In this document: positions 14,096-27,900 of the stretch, one piece after another | How positions within the stretch are numbered: the first letter of the stretch is position 1 | Layout of the letters: each line of letters opens with the position of its first letter | Origin: Vicugna vicugna | Taxonomy: Eukaryota | NCBI GenBank assembly: GCA_013265495.1 | Contig: MU058384.1 | Span: forward strand, 2,233,690 to 2,297,689 | Reading direction: 5' to 3' | Length of the DNA stretch: 64,000 bases | Made by a program: the position numbers and the translations under genes | The notes under the pieces: generated by a model | The model's database searches: none | Told to the model about the DNA's origin: nothing | The model's input: the letters and a program-made list of their open reading frames with translations, nothing else

Positions 14096-17000
14096 TTTGT
14101 TAGCATATATCAGCTCTTCCTCTGAGAGGATTTCCCTTTATCCCCATGTTTTTGGGCTGCTCCTGGGTGGGGTTGTGTGTCCCAGCATTTCATTTCTGGC
14201 TCACATTAGCATACTGAGTGAACCTCTCTGACAACCAAGCTTGCATTTTATCTTCCTCCATCATTTGGTCATAGGTGCAAAGTGAGGCATCGGTGCAATA
14301 AAAGCAGGAGATATGGGAGCTGGGACCATTGTTTATGTAATTCACTTGAGCCCTGTGGACATGCTTGGACCTTATCCTGTGTGTACCATTCACCTGTTAT
14401 GATGGATTACCACTACACCCATCTGGTTTTATGGTTGAATGGATCTTTTAGTCTCTAGTTCATGATGGGTAGGTAACAGTCACTTGATGTCTCGTGACAG
14501 GAACTCAGCTTCCACTGGGCCTAGTAGTTAGTACACCAGGAGCCGCTTTTCAAATGACGAGTGGTTCTCTGCTGCCAAAGACATCACTCTCCACCAGAAA
14601 CGTAGGGTCTAAGTTGTAACTCTCCTATTGAGCTTCTCCAGTGACCCTAAATATCCTTAAATCCTTAAATCTTAAGGATATGTCTAACATCATTGTTTCT
14701 TGATTAGCATGTGACTTGAGTGACTTAAAATTGTGGATATACTTTCTCTTCCTCGAGGCCCCCTTGAAGCTGGCAGCCCTCTTGAATTGCTTAATTAATA
14801 GGTTGGAGCAATAGTCCCAAGTTCAGTATATACTGCCTCTAAAATCTAAAGAGGTCCACCAAGCCCTGCGCCCCTTGGGGGTGGTGATGCAAGGACAGCA
14901 ACTTGTCCTGTTCCTTAGGTGGCCTGTCTGTGACATCCCAGACTATTGGCCCTCTAAAAGTTTCATGGAAGTAGCAGGCCTTTGAATCTTTGTCGTATTT
15001 ATCTCCCACCCTCTGGCAGGCAGGGTTCTTTCTAGGGTATCCAGAGTACTTGTCACTTTCTATTCACCAAGTCTATTTAGCCAGATATTGTAGTGGACCA
15101 GCTTGATCTTTCCGGAGAATGTCAAGATGATCAAGAATTTTACCAATAATATTGTAAAGAAAGCAGAAGAGTTTAAAAGCCCTGAGTCCAGACAGTGAAA
15201 TGTACTGCTGTCCTTCTCATGTAAAGATACATTGTTTAATCCTCTTTATTGTTGGGCAAGACCCAGTAAGATGCCAGAACTTGTGTTGCTTATTTCTATT
15301 GAAGATACCACATCCAGCCCATCAGCTTCAGTTGGAGCTACCAAGTGTTTACATTTAATATGTCACCATTAACCAACATGATCTATCTGGTTTCTGCAGG
15401 GTCACACAGGTAAATTAACAGGGAAAGAAACCCTCTGCTTCCTCTAACTATTCAAGAGTTGTGTGAATTCTTGAAATTCCTCTTGGGATGCATTTGATTT
15501 ACTATCTTGGCAACTTTGACTGACTATGGTCGGGGGATATTTTCAAGAATTTCTTCATAGCCCTTCTTCCATGATAAGTTTTACATAGTAGGTCACAGAA
15601 TGTGAAAATTCTGCCAAATGATAAGTGTGTTCATTCCAACTTCACACTTGGGAACTGGGGAAATAACCACAGAATAGCTTATTTCCTATCTTCAGGATTC
15701 TATTCTATTCTGCAGAATATGGGGGAATCACAGTAACAGGGACCTGTGCCAGGCATTAGGGACTTATCACCTGGCATCCATGAGTCCTTTCTCTACCCAG
15801 AGGTCTATGGTGGCATTTTGCATTGATTGTTTCATTGTCCGTTCAGACCCTACTATGTAACAGTCCTCAAAAGGTCTAGGAAGACTCTGTTCTCCAGTGT
15901 ACAGTTTCTGTAGTAAATGGTTGCAAGAGCTTTTCCAGGAAGATTGAGGGAATATTTATTGTTCAGACTTGATGAGATAATGTAAAGCCCTTCCTCAAGG
16001 AGACCCATACCCCCCTTTAATCATGGGCTCTGCTCTATGCACTGGTTTAAAATTCAAGGAGAGACCGCAGTATTTTTTCTGTTTTGCAGATGTCAGTCTT
16101 CTCAGCAGTTATTTTGTTGTTTTGTTTTCCAGGGCAAATAAGCAGCACCTTGATTGGGTAGCCATCTGTCTTGGTTCTAGAAATGTCATAATCTACTACC
16201 CATCCCCACAGCTTTCTGTAAAGACACTAAGTCTGCCACTCCAGCCTTGCTGTCTGTTACAGTAGTTACATCCCTGTAGATTCTGTCAGGTGCCATCCCC
16301 CAGCCTCTGCTGTTCTAGAGTCCTGTCATCTCTATTGAAGTCTCATTTCAAGACAGCATCTCTTCAACGTATAGAGGAAATGTGTCACTGGGTTTCTCAG
16401 AGATCCCACTGCAAGCTTCTTGGTGCTTTCCTTATTCCCTCAGGGAAGCCAGTGACCTCTGGGGCTTCCTGGGGAATGTAGTCAGATAGCGGTTCTCAGA
16501 TCATATGTAAGAAGTGTGATAAGTCTGTTTTAACATTTTCACCTCACTGAGCTTTATGACCCCTTCTTCAGTATTCTGCCAAAGTAGTTCTGGCAGCTCA
16601 TACAGTAAGGCATCTGGATGGCTGCTCCTCAGGAGCCCATCTCAGCAGCACGTTAGGTTAACTCTAGATTTCCTTTCCAGGAGGCATCTCTCCAAGTCAC
16701 AGGAGAGTGTGCCAACGTGGACAAGGCCTCCGCTCTGCAGATGCATGTCCTTTGCCCTTCCGCCACCCTGTCTGAACACCCCTGAGACACACTCCCACAC
16801 GCCTTCTTCCACTTCTTGCCAGCATTTATTATTCCGGTCCTGAAATTGTTTTGATTGTGTAAGCTTTTTCCTTCCAGAGTAGGAAATGTTTTTTCCCAGT
16901 AAACCCTTGTTATTCCAGAGGCAGTGAAGGTGGTGGTGGCAGATCTTAAACAGAAAAAGCATTGTCTTACAAAGTGCCTGACTCAGGTGAGGTTTCTGCA

Positions 17001-17299
17001 AAGCTTCCAGCCATTGTGAACTTTTCCCCCTAGCAAGGGGAAAAGGATTGCTACTTCTGGCAGGTGTTTCATGGAAACTTGGGGATTCAAGATATTTTGG
17101 TATATCCACCCAAGGTCACCATCCCAGATGGCAAGAAACAACTTTCCCTATCAGGGCCCCGACTTCGATATTGAAGATTTTTTGAGGTTGTACCTTCACT
17201 CTCCTTTGCAGTTTTGCCACCCTTACAGTTAAATCTGGGGCCTGAGTTTTTAAGTATAATTGCCCTACAGCTATGGGAAATGAGGGCCATTTAATTTAT

Positions 17300-18790
17300 T
17301 TTTTTATTTTTCCCCTTTCTCTTTTTATTTATTTATTTTATATCAGGATATAATTTACATACAGCAAAATAAACACATATTAAAGGTAGAGCTTGATACG
17401 TGTTTACATTTGCATACACCCTTGTAACTGCTACCTAATCTCGATACAGACCACTGCCAGCACTCCAGGGGCTGCTTCATGTCCCCACCCAGTCAACATG
17501 TTCCCCACAAAGGTGTCGCTGTGTGGTCTCTTTCATCATAAATGCATTTTCTTGTTCTTCAACTTTGTATAAATGGATTCATGGCTTGTACTCTTGCTCA
17601 CCATCATGTCTGTGAGGGGCATTCCTGTTGCTGGGTGCAGCAGTAGCTCCTGTTCATTGCTGTGTGTCATTCCATAGTCACTGTGTTCATTTATTCATTC
17701 CCCTGGTGATGGACATTAGGGTTGTTTCCAGTTTGTGCTATTATGATACAACTGCTATGCATGTACTTACCTGTGACTTTTGGTGAACGTAAGTACTCAT
17801 TTCTTTTGGGAAAAGAATTTTCGCACAGCAAAGTTGCTCAGTTATTGCTTATATGTTGTTAGGACTTTAGTTAGATGCTGCCAAGCAGTCTTCCAAAGTG
17901 GTTGTACTGTAGGGAGTATATAGCTCAGTGATGGGGTGCATGGCTAGCATGCACAAGGTCCTGGATTCAATCCCCAGTACCTCCATTTAAAATAAACAAA
18001 GAAACAAACAAACAAATTTAACTACCCCCCGCCCCCAAAGGAGTTTAAAAAAAGGGAGGAAGGGTATAGCTCAGTGATAGAGAGTGTGTACGAAATCCTG
18101 GGTTCAATCCCTAGTACCTCTATTAAAAAAAAAACACCCAAAGTGGTTGTACTGATTTAAACGTCCCCACCAGCAACACATAAGGTTCCAGTTGCTTCAC
18201 ATCCTCACCAGGTATTTACTTTGTATGGACAGTTCTTTTCCTGTAAGTCATTCTTGAGAGAGTGTAGTATATCAGATTGTAGGTTTAATGCATGTTTCCT
18301 TGATGAATAATGACGTTAATCATCTTTTCATATGCATTTTGCCATTTGTTTATCCTCCTTGTGGAAAGGGTTTTGCAAGCAGTTTTTAAAGATCCAGCTC
18401 TATGAATTTCTTTTTTTTTCTATTGATTTGTAAGACTTCTTTATGTTTTCTGAATCTGAATACTTTGTTGAATACATGCTCCAAGTTCTTGGCTTACCTT
18501 TTAACTCTTAATGGTGTCTTTTGATGAACAGAAGTTCTTAATTTTAATGAAATTCAGTTTGTCAGTCTTCCCTTAGAGTTAGTGCTCTTTATGTTCTGTT
18601 TAACCCCAAGGTCATGAATATGTTCTCTGTTTTCTTCTAAAAGCTTTTATTGTTTTATACCATTTACATTTAGGTCCATGATCCATCTAGAATTAATTTG
18701 AGGATATGGTGTAAAGTAGAGGTCAAAGTTCACTTTTTCCATATGGATATCAGTGGACCCAGCACCAGTTATGGAAAAGACACTGATATG
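17300..18790 (-). mobile_element. Old L1 (L1MB/MC-like) 3' region
   Basis: GATGGACATTAGGGTTGTTTCCAGTTT, TTTTGATGAACAGAAGTTCTTAATTTTAATG and CCAGCACCAGTTATGGAAAAGAC are antisense L1 hallmarks. Confidence 0.85.
17910..18137 (+). mobile_element. Head-to-tail dimer of tRNA-derived SINEs inserted in an older L1
   Basis: Two TATAGCTCAGTG...TTCAATCCC A/B-box units (~17911 and ~18054); perfect 17-bp TSD CCAAAGTGGTTGTACTG at 17893-17909 and 18138-18154. Confidence 0.9.
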
Positions 18791-19148
18791 AAAGACTTTT
18801 TATTTTTATAGTGGGATTTGAGTTATAGTTGGATGACATGAGTATGTTTTCTTTTATCGAGACTTTAAAAGCAGTTAACAGAAGCCAAACCATTCTATAA
18901 TTCTTGGAATTACTGTTGCCATCTGTTCCAGTCCCAAATTACCCCATAACCCATGCTACGCCTTCTGCTTCTACCACATTCCAGTCCAACATGGATGATT
19001 GCAATTTGTGAAGCTATTGTTACCAGAGATTATAGCCATCTCACACACTACCAACAGTGGGGTTCTTTTTGCTGCATGACCAGTGGGTGATCCAGGTTTA
19101 GAATCCTGTCTTGAGGGTTTTCTTTCTGTGGCTATTCTGATATCAACT

Positions 19149-19600
19149 TGCTTATTCTGGGTTTACCCAAAAGCAGAGCTTGGGTCTAGGGTTGCATGCA
19201 AGCAGTTTATTTGGGATGTGATTCAAAGAAGCAGAAAGGAGGGACCAAGCAAAGTGAACTAGGGAAGGAGACAAAGGCAACCCTCGGCTGCATTATTAGG
19301 AGATTGGTGCTTGTTCCTGCTGAGCCTTTCTGCAGACCTCTGTCGAAGGGGCAAACTGAGAGGCATTTCCGTCCACTGCTTGTGTGCAGTTCTGGGTGTG
19401 CTGTGTCAGTACCAACAGGCTCCCACATTGTCCTGCACCACAGTGCCAAAGAAACCCTGGACAGGAAACAAGAGTGTGCGGTCCACTCGAGGTGAGATAC
19501 TGAAAAAGAGTAGAAGCCTGTGTGGAATCATCTGTATCACAATCAAATGTGAGAAAAGGAGGTGTACACTAAAGGTTTCCAGTGCATATGTTGGCAGAGC
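19149..19600 (-). mobile_element. 5' LTR of the ERVL provirus (LTR16-like); distal boundary approximate
   Basis: CTGGGTTTACCCAAAAGCAGAGC...AGTTTATTTGGGATGTGAT...AGGGAAGGAG matches the reverse of LTR16-family ends and directly abuts the PBS-like sequence. Confidence 0.65.
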
Positions 19601-20346
19601 TCTTGGGACCCAAGGGTAACAATGCAGCCAGTTACAAATGTATCTGAAATCAAATACTCCAAATTCCATTAGGTACTCTCCCCATATCTGCTTTTCTCTG
19701 GACATCTGCTTCATTTCCAGGCCCTGGAAGTATAGCTTTGTTTGATTCACAAATGCTGGGTGAGTGGGAAATGACCATCCATGTCTTTTGTGTTTACCTG
19801 TTCTCTACTCAATATGGTAACCAGACTGACCCAAAAGCTCTTTGTTCCAAGTTCAGGATCCCTGAAATTCAATTTGATTGGTTCAGCTTGGGTCAGGTGT
19901 CTCCTGCTAGTCTGACATATTTGAGCCAGTGGAGCAGGATCATGTGGTTACAACATTATTGATGAAAATGCAGTGCTGTTGACATGGTAAAGGGCAGGGT
20001 TGTTGGCTGATGAGCTAAGTAGACTCCCCTTTGGAGGGGGACACCTTTTGAAGTATCTGCTACATCAGTCAAATCTATCAAAACCTTATGATTTCTATCT
20101 TTGGTGTAATACTGAGAAAGTCTTTCTCTACCCCATGGATATATGAACACATGTTTTACATTTCTTCCAATATTTTTATGATTAAAAAATTCAAATATTT
20201 AATTCACATGCAATCTACTTAGATACAAGTTATGAGATAAGGACCTAACTTTAAAAAATGGTCACACACACAAAAAGGTAACCAATTATTTGATAATCTA
20301 TCCTCTTCCCATTGATTTAAAATACATTTTTTTCATATACAAAATT

Positions 20347-20366
20347 TGTGTGTGTGTGTGTGTGTG
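20347..20366. repeat. (TG)10 microsatellite
   Basis: Direct reading. Confidence 0.95.
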
Positions 20367-21796
20367 TATGTATAGCTTTTAGTACTGTCTCTGAAGCTTC
20401 CCATTGGCTTGTTCATCTATTACTGTTTTAAATATATCTGTAATGCTTCAAAACTAATATGTGTGCTGTGAAAACAATTACTCCCATTGGTTTTAAATTC
20501 CTCTAGTGGAACAACTTTTATACCTTCATGTTTTCTAGCATGCTGGATAATGATGATAAAATTATAGTTTATGTATAAGAATATATATGCATGATTGAAT
20601 ATAAAAATGCACGTTATGCTGCAGTTTTCAATGTGCTTTCATAAGAAGTTCCAAGTCATCTAGAAAAAAACATATTGATAAAGTAACACATTTCTCTATT
20701 TGATACAGTTTACATGATAAACTGATAGATTTTATCACCATTCTAAATAATTTCCCTCCCTACAAGAGGACTACATATCCCTTCCTACAAGAGGATTACA
20801 TATCCCTTATAACTTGCAGTGCCTCCTGTTGGTCTTGGCCATTTGGCTTGTTTTGGCCAATGATACAAACAGATCTGACTTACATTATGTGTAAATAGAA
20901 GTGTTGATTATCATTGTGTGTTTTTGCCAACTTGCTCTCTCTATTCCCTCTGCTGTGAGAATAGCATGGCTCAGATATTAAAGAAGAAACATCTGGCAGA
21001 AGAATTACAATCAACCCATGGCTGATAAGCATTGTGAATGAGAAATAATCTTTTATTGTTTAAGCCACTGTGATTTGGGGCTTGTTACTGCAACCTTACC
21101 AGTAAAAGCTGGCTCATCCACATGCCATGATGACTGCTGACAGTCATGTTTTGAGTGCAGTTAATCAGCTGGGTACATCTGACTCAGATGTCTAAAGAAT
21201 TACCTGAAGGAGTTCTGTAACTCAAGAGTCTTTATGAAAAAACAAAAAGATTAATTAGAATTATTAGGACCTCACTGTGAACATGTACCACATATATTTT
21301 ACTCGGCGGTTATTTTAAATATACTCAAGATACTAAGCTCTTTATAAGTAAAAGAGATATCTTTTAGCAAAGTTTAGTAATGGCAATTATTATAAAAATA
21401 TAATTGGCAAAAGGAGAGAATCTCAAAGGAACTCAAGACCATTGGATATCTTCAGAATCTGAAACATGTCCAAGGCTGTACAGGGACAGTTGTGTGTGGT
21501 CACACAGGGTTATGGGTGCCCTGATTTAAGACTCTGATCATCTTCATTTCTGCTTCTCCTGGTGTCTTTTCCTTTCTTTTTATACCTACTGGCTTCCTTA
21601 CAGTCTATTTTGTACCTTTTCTCCTCCTCATAGTTTCTTCTGCATCTGTAATTTCTGATTTTTAATGCCTTCAGCTTACTCATAAGTTTGGTTTGCTCCT
21701 GGCTCTTTCAAGGACATCTTGGAAACTTCAGCTCTCAACATTAGTTGCCTCATCTGTATTCTCCCATTTCAAATTCCTGATTTTATTTGACCCAGC

Positions 21797-22252
21797 TGTA
21801 GTGGGCTGAATCGTGTCCCCATCAAATTCATGTCTACTCAGAACCTCAAAATGTGACCTTATTTAGAATAAGGGCTTTTGCAGATTTAATTAAGTTATGG
21901 GTATCAAGATGAGATCATCTTAGAGTAAGGTGAGCCCTGAATCTGATCATGAGCATTCTTATAGGAGACAAAGGAGAAGAAATAGAGTCACAGAGAAGGG
22001 AAGGGCCATGTGAAGATGAAGGCAGAGATTAGAGGGTAGCCACAAGCTGAGGAATGCCAAGACTCATCAGCCATCTGACGCAGGAGAGAGGCATGAAGTG
22101 TATTCTCCTTTAGAGCCTCCAGAAGGAACCAATCCTGCCAACACCTTGATTTCAGACTTCTGGCCTGTAGAACTGTGAGAGAATAAATTTCTGTTGTTTT
22201 AAGTCATCCAGTTTATAGTGATTTGTTACAGCAGCTACAGGAAACTGATATC
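21797..22252 (+). mobile_element. Solo LTR, MLT1 (MLT1B/C-like)
   Basis: TGTAGTGGGCTGAATCGTGTCCCC...GAATAAATTTCTGTTGTTTTAAG...GGAAACTGATA; 5-bp TSD CCAGC at 21792-21796 and 22253-22257. Confidence 0.88.
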
Positions 22253-22837
22253 CCAGCTCATCTCTGAGGGCTTTTACTGTTCCTAGGCCATTGGTTGGGC
22301 TGTGGATTGGCCACCAGTGGGTGGAGTGCATAGAACTGGGTCATTAGTAAGGCTGTGGAAAGGGTTATTTCCTTTGAAAAGACACTGGATGTGGGAGACA
22401 TGTAATTGGCATGTCCAAAACAAGTCAATGCCTAGCTTGCAGGCACCCATACTCTTCTTCCCTTATGGACAAAAATGTCTCACTTGATGTGATTCAGCTG
22501 TCCCACATAGCACTGCCTGTTGTCCATTGGGATGAACGTCTGGAGGCAATGTCACGGGGGCATTTCAAAATTTACTTGTCATTATCAGAATGTGCGTTTT
22601 TGGGGGCAATGGCCGTTTCAGTGTCCTCTCTTTACCTGACATCCTGATTGATGTTACATCTTCGTTATTCAGTATCCTATAGATGAAACTGAAGTTCTCA
22701 AATCTGAGTGTGATCTACTTTAAAGGGACATGTACAGATGGAGAGTCTTAGTCCTGACTTCAGTCGTTTTAACAATCATGCTACCTTACAATGTATTAAA
22801 GTGAAACTATAGGTGTAAACCTATAGAGTATAAAACT

Positions 22838-23147
22838 ATGGCAAAGCTTTTCTTTAAGGCTCAGATAGCAGATATTTTAGGCTTTGGGAGCCGTGTCTTT
22901 TCTGTTGTGACTATTGTGGCATGAAAGCAGCTGTGGACAGTACATAAAGTGAATGAATGTGGCCGTCCTCCAGTATTTGGTGACAATGAAATTTGAATCT
23001 CATATAATTTTCACATGTCATGATATAGTCTTCTTTTTATTTTTTCCTCCAGCTATTTAAAAATGTAGAAACCATTCTTTGCTACTGGCTGTATAAAAAC
23101 AAGCAGTGGGACATAGTTTGCACCTGGGCCATGGTTTGCCAACCTCT
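22838..23147 (+). mobile_element. MER58B-like hAT-Charlie MITE
   Basis: GGCAAA...ATATTTTAGGCTTTG...GAAATTTGAATCTCATATAATTTTCACATGTCA...GTTTGCCAACCTCTG. Confidence 0.75.
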
Positions 23148-24455
23148 GCTATAGAAGATGCTAAGCATATTCCTTGTCCACCCATAGTCCCATCTCATTT
23201 TGCTAATAGGACCCTAATTTTATTTGGGGAACCTTTTCTCCACCTCTGCCTCTCATTGAAAACTGTCAGTCTGTCTGCTCCAGGTTATGCTACTGAAGGT
23301 ATGGCCTTCACTATGGTGATTGGTTCAATTATAGTGAGTACTGCAGTTGCAGAGGATCTGCTTTCTCTCTTTCTGCAGAAACTTGTAGCAATAAGGACAA
23401 GATTGTAAGCCTGGAGATACCAGAGGCTACCACATGAATCTTAAGAATGAAGCTGACACAGCAGAAGGCTGAGCCAAGAAACTACGAGAAACTGAATTTT
23501 GATTACATTTTTTGAGCTCCTGGATCAAACCACTCATGACACTAAACAACCCCAAGGCTTTTCCGCTACATGAATAAATACATTTTCTTTCCTATTTAAA
23601 TGAGTTGGAGTTTGGGTTCTCCATCACTCACAACAGCAGGGTACTAACTAAGGCAAAACCTTTTACCTCTACTGTTTATTATAACAACAAAACAAAGTTT
23701 AAAATGAGATGCCAACTTAATTGCCAAACCAGAAAAGTTCAAATCAACAATGTTATAGACATTGTTGTTTTACTGAAATGAAATTTCTTTCCCAACGTGA
23801 CTGTGGCATTGGCTAATACGTTGTGGGTTGTTTTGAGTTCTGGGCACCTCTGTGTCCTACACATAAGGTGTGTGCTATGTCATGAATCGTTTCTTCATTG
23901 CTTTTCTCTATTCGAACTATTGCAAAACCTTCATTCACAGAGCTTGTTGTGATTCAGTCTTCCCTTGGTACAGATGTTTAATTTACTTAATAAGTCAGAC
24001 TCTTTTCTCAGTTGCTAAAACAAAGAAGAACATCATTGTGCTTGACTTTCAAATCATATAGATATCAAATTAAAGCCTTATTTTATTAAATTACTTAAGC
24101 CAAAGTCTTTGATCTATGAAAATATTTTTCAACCATGAATGGAAAATAAAGCTTTGTATTTTCAACAGGAGACAGATTCACCTGTAGTGACTGTGTCAGC
24201 CTTTGGGACATGCAAGCTCTCAGGATGTAGGCTAGCCTATGAGGTCTAGTCTGGCTTCATTCATTTGTGGCCCTTTTTCTGCACCATCCACTGGCTCCCA
24301 CTTGAATCCTATGATCCCCTTCATTGGTGTGGTCTGTTACTTCTGTTAGGGATTTTAAACTAATGCACAATTTGTTAGGCCTCTTTGTCTACAGTTGCAT
24401 GAAGTCCCCCTGCTACTGTAATCTGTACTTGTGCTACTTGTTTTAACCAGGAATG

Positions 24456-24910
24456 GTGTATTAGTTACTTATTGCTCCCCAAATCCTGCAAAGATCTCAA
24501 AAACCCCATGGCCTATAACTTGAAGCATTTATATTCTTGCTCACAGGCCTGCAGGTTAGCAGAGGAGGCTCTGCATTAGGCTGCAGGTTAGCTGGTCTTG
24601 GCTCTTGGCTTTAGGTCAAGTGTAGAACTACCTGTGTACCTTACTCCAGGACCCAGACCAAAGGGCAGCAGCTAGCTGGCACATGCCTCTTTATGGCAAT
24701 CAGAAGAGTGCTAAAGACTGAGCCAAAAAACGTAGAGACATTTAAGTCCTTTGTGCACGTCCTATTCATGGACATCCCATTGACCAGAGCAAGCAACGTG
24801 GTGCAACATCAACAGAGTTAGGAAATACACCTATCTGCTCTAGCGTGCTGTAGGTTTACATGGCTGAGGGATGAGGGAAGAATTGTGAACAATAATCCAA
24901 TCTAGTACAT
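24456..24910 (-). mobile_element. Older MLT1-type LTR
   Basis: TGTATTAGTTACTTATTGCT start and CATCCCATTGACCAGAGCAAG...AATAATCCAATCTA typical of reverse old MLT1. Confidence 0.6.
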
Positions 24911-27900
24911 ATGGCTTCACTTTGTCCAAACTCAGTCTCTACAACTCCAGCCCTCTGATCTCAAATTCTACTGCTAACATGCCCTGTGGGAGTGAGAGGG
25001 CTTTCTATAGCTAGTTTGGATTTTAAGGGAAGAGAATAGTTTCCAGATAGCTTAATGGCCATAAATCCAGTTGCTGTTACAGCTGAGTTTCCATTTTGGC
25101 TCAACGTTCTGGCTTCTTTGTGGATTTATTTTTATGATGAAATTAATATTTTAAAATACATTAAGATTTAATTTTGTATTTTAACACGCTAAAAAAATTA
25201 AAATGTACATGATTTTATTCTTTGATGTATCCTTAAATATATACAGTGTAACTAGTAAGACTTAAGGGGTCTCATTCACAGCCAGATTTGTAGGCCCTGA
25301 CACAGTGCTGGGCACCTAAGGTATGCTCAATAAATTCTTGTTGCTTGAAGTACATTGCTTTCTTATTTACTAATGATTATTACTGATCAATAGGTAGTAA
25401 CGTGTACATGAATGGACATTTTCTTTTTTAATATAATTATTTATATATAATTTATGTCCTCCAACTTCATCAGTCTGTTAACTATACCAAAAAAGGTGTT
25501 CATAATGTTATGTGTAGAAAGGTGATAAGTTAAGTTTGTGTTTGCTCTTTTTAGGACTAATACAAATTGTTGGTTGTGGTTTTTCTTAGGTTTGTTTTAC
25601 AAATTATTTATTTACATATCACTTGGATGTGCTGAGGGTCCTTAGAAGAGTATCTACATGGATAGTTAAAATATGTACCAATCCAGGAAAAGTCTGTTAA
25701 TTTTCAAGCTTGTAAGTGTCAGCCAGTGAAAATGCCATTTTAATTTACTTGTGAAAAGCATTTAAAATTAAAATCATGTATGCTATAGATATTAAAGGAC
25801 CATAATGCATGAGAAAGGTAGTAAAAAGAGTAAGTCCTCCTTGAAAGATTGTTTCCTTCTCAGAAGGAAGTAGACTAATTCCTCAAGTTGATTTTATGAA
25901 AATTGAACGCATCATGGAACAAAAAGAGCTTAATTGAAAGACAGTTTGCTTTTTATAACATGTCACCTACTTAAGAGAAGAACAAGACTGAAGTAATGAA
26001 ATGCCTTCTTGGGTTTTTTTCAGTGATTCTGAAAGTTCAGGCTGTTTCCTTTGCTTTCTTACAGGAAACATTTATTATAGCTTAAACAGGCACTAATGTC
26101 TCAAGTTATAATCATCTTGCCAGATATGCTTATGGCGTAAAGAAAGGAAGGAAACTAATATTCACGAAATGTCTCCTCTATGCTTGGTAAGGTGCTAGGA
26201 GCAAAGACTTGTTAAGATGAGAAATATTCTCATTTCCGAAAAGAGGAAACTAGGCTCAGAAAGATTAAATGGCAGAGTTTTGTTGAGTCCAAAATCATGT
26301 TCTTTGGCATGAGCCAAAACCCAAGAAAACCATCCATTTGCTGGTGCAGTAAACTGGCATGAACTCCACTCGCAAGTTCAACAATTGCAGTGTAGTAAAA
26401 CCAAGTTTTATTTGGTGATAAATAACAGCTATGTACATATGTTTTGCAATAGACAAATCGCAGTGGTCTCAAGTCCTACAGTGGGTATTCCCCAGTGCCA
26501 CATAAGATGCCCCGAGGAGTGGTTCAAATGTGGGTCTGCCCCCTAGATGCTCCCCAGTCTTGGGCTTTAGTGGACACGTTGACTTCTCCCGGCTGGAATT
26601 TCTCTCTGTGGTTTTCCCTGCTGTGGCTGCAGTGCTGACCTTCCTCCTCGCCTCCAAATCCACCTCCTCTTCTGGTGGTGCCTTGTTTTTCTCGTGCTTC
26701 TAAGCACACTTTCCGAGTCTGGTGAAGCCTCCAGACATTCTACTTTGACATTTCTTGATTTAGAGGAAGGCTTCCAAATGCCTTCTCACCCAGGCAGGAG
26801 TTTTCTCTTTCATCAAATACTTTTCCCAAATTAGAGGGTTCTTTCCTTGATTATCAATTACAAACATTTATCTAGAGCTTGTTGTTTTGACAATCTGCCG
26901 CTAATCTTTTCATCCTGTCCTCAAAGAATTTATAATCTACCTAAGGAGAAAAGCTATTTACATAAAAATAAAAGCTGTCAAATGAGAGCAAGGGATGGAA
27001 GAGTGAGCGGTACAGGGCTCCAGAGGAGGAAAGGGTGAACGTGGATGCTGTGGTTTTGAGGGAGCTGAAACTAGAGTAGGCCTTGAAAGCACGTGTTGAC
27101 CACAAGTCCTCCACCCCCCAGCCTAACTAATCTCACTCTGGCCGCCAGTAAAGGACACATCAAAGGCGTGAGGAACACAATGGGGCTGCGATTCTGGAGG
27201 AACAAAGGCATCCACATACTCTTTCTCGGACGCTGAGTCATCTTCCCTCTCCCTCTGCGGAACTTTAAGAGGGTTTGCTTTCTTCTTGATCTGTGACTTC
27301 ACTCTCAGAGCTCGGAGCTTAGGAGAAAAGATGGTCTGGCTCTGCTCTGGGCCTAGAGGGAGGACATACTTGTGGTTTCTGTCTTGTCTGGCCCAGCTCA
27401 CAGTGTAGGAGAGAAATATCAGGCAGAAACTCTAGTCATAGAAATAGCGCATTTGCATTTCCCTCGAAAGAGCTCAGTGTCCTATCTCTCTAGAGACCCT
27501 ATACTATGGTGAGGCAGGATAGCAATAAAAACTGGCTACAGGCTCAGATTTGCTAATAAAAAAATATTGTCCCTAAAATAGTTGTTCTAAGTATAGCAGT
27601 AAGTGTTGAGAGAGGTCCAGAAGACTTCAGCAGAGCTAAATGCAGAATTTGGAAACATATCTGATTAATATTCCATTGCTCCAGAAGTTGACAGCACTAG
27701 GTACTCAGGGTACATGGAATCAGAGGTTTTCTGTGCTTCTAGGTGCTTCACATCCACTCCTAACACCTGGTGAGGTGGTAGCTTCATCATAACAGACTAG
27801 AGAAGTTAACTTGCCCACATTTATGAAACTGTTAAGTGACTGATTGGTTCAACACTTGTTGGGATGTGAACATAGGTTCATGGATTACACTAATTTTTAT

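Larger units (their letters stand above)
14110..19148 (-). mobile_element. Degraded ERVL-class provirus internal region (ERV3-16A3/HERV16-like gag-pol remnant), interrupted by an L1 at ~17300-18790
   Basis: Minus-strand peptides YDQMMEEDKMQAWLSERFTQYA (~14200-14275; cf. ERVL pol YDQLTEEEK.RAWFTDGSARYA) and AAENHSSFEKRLL (~14535-14578; cf. NYSPFEKQLLA). Leader-like GGATTCTAAACCTGGATCACCC and a degenerate PBS (AGTTGATATCAGAATAG) lie next to an LTR. Confidence 0.75.

Noticed and set aside
17911..18120. tRNA-like A/B-box sequences (also near 12.0 and 38.0 kb)
   Set aside because: SINE heads with A-rich tails and TSDs, not tRNA genes.
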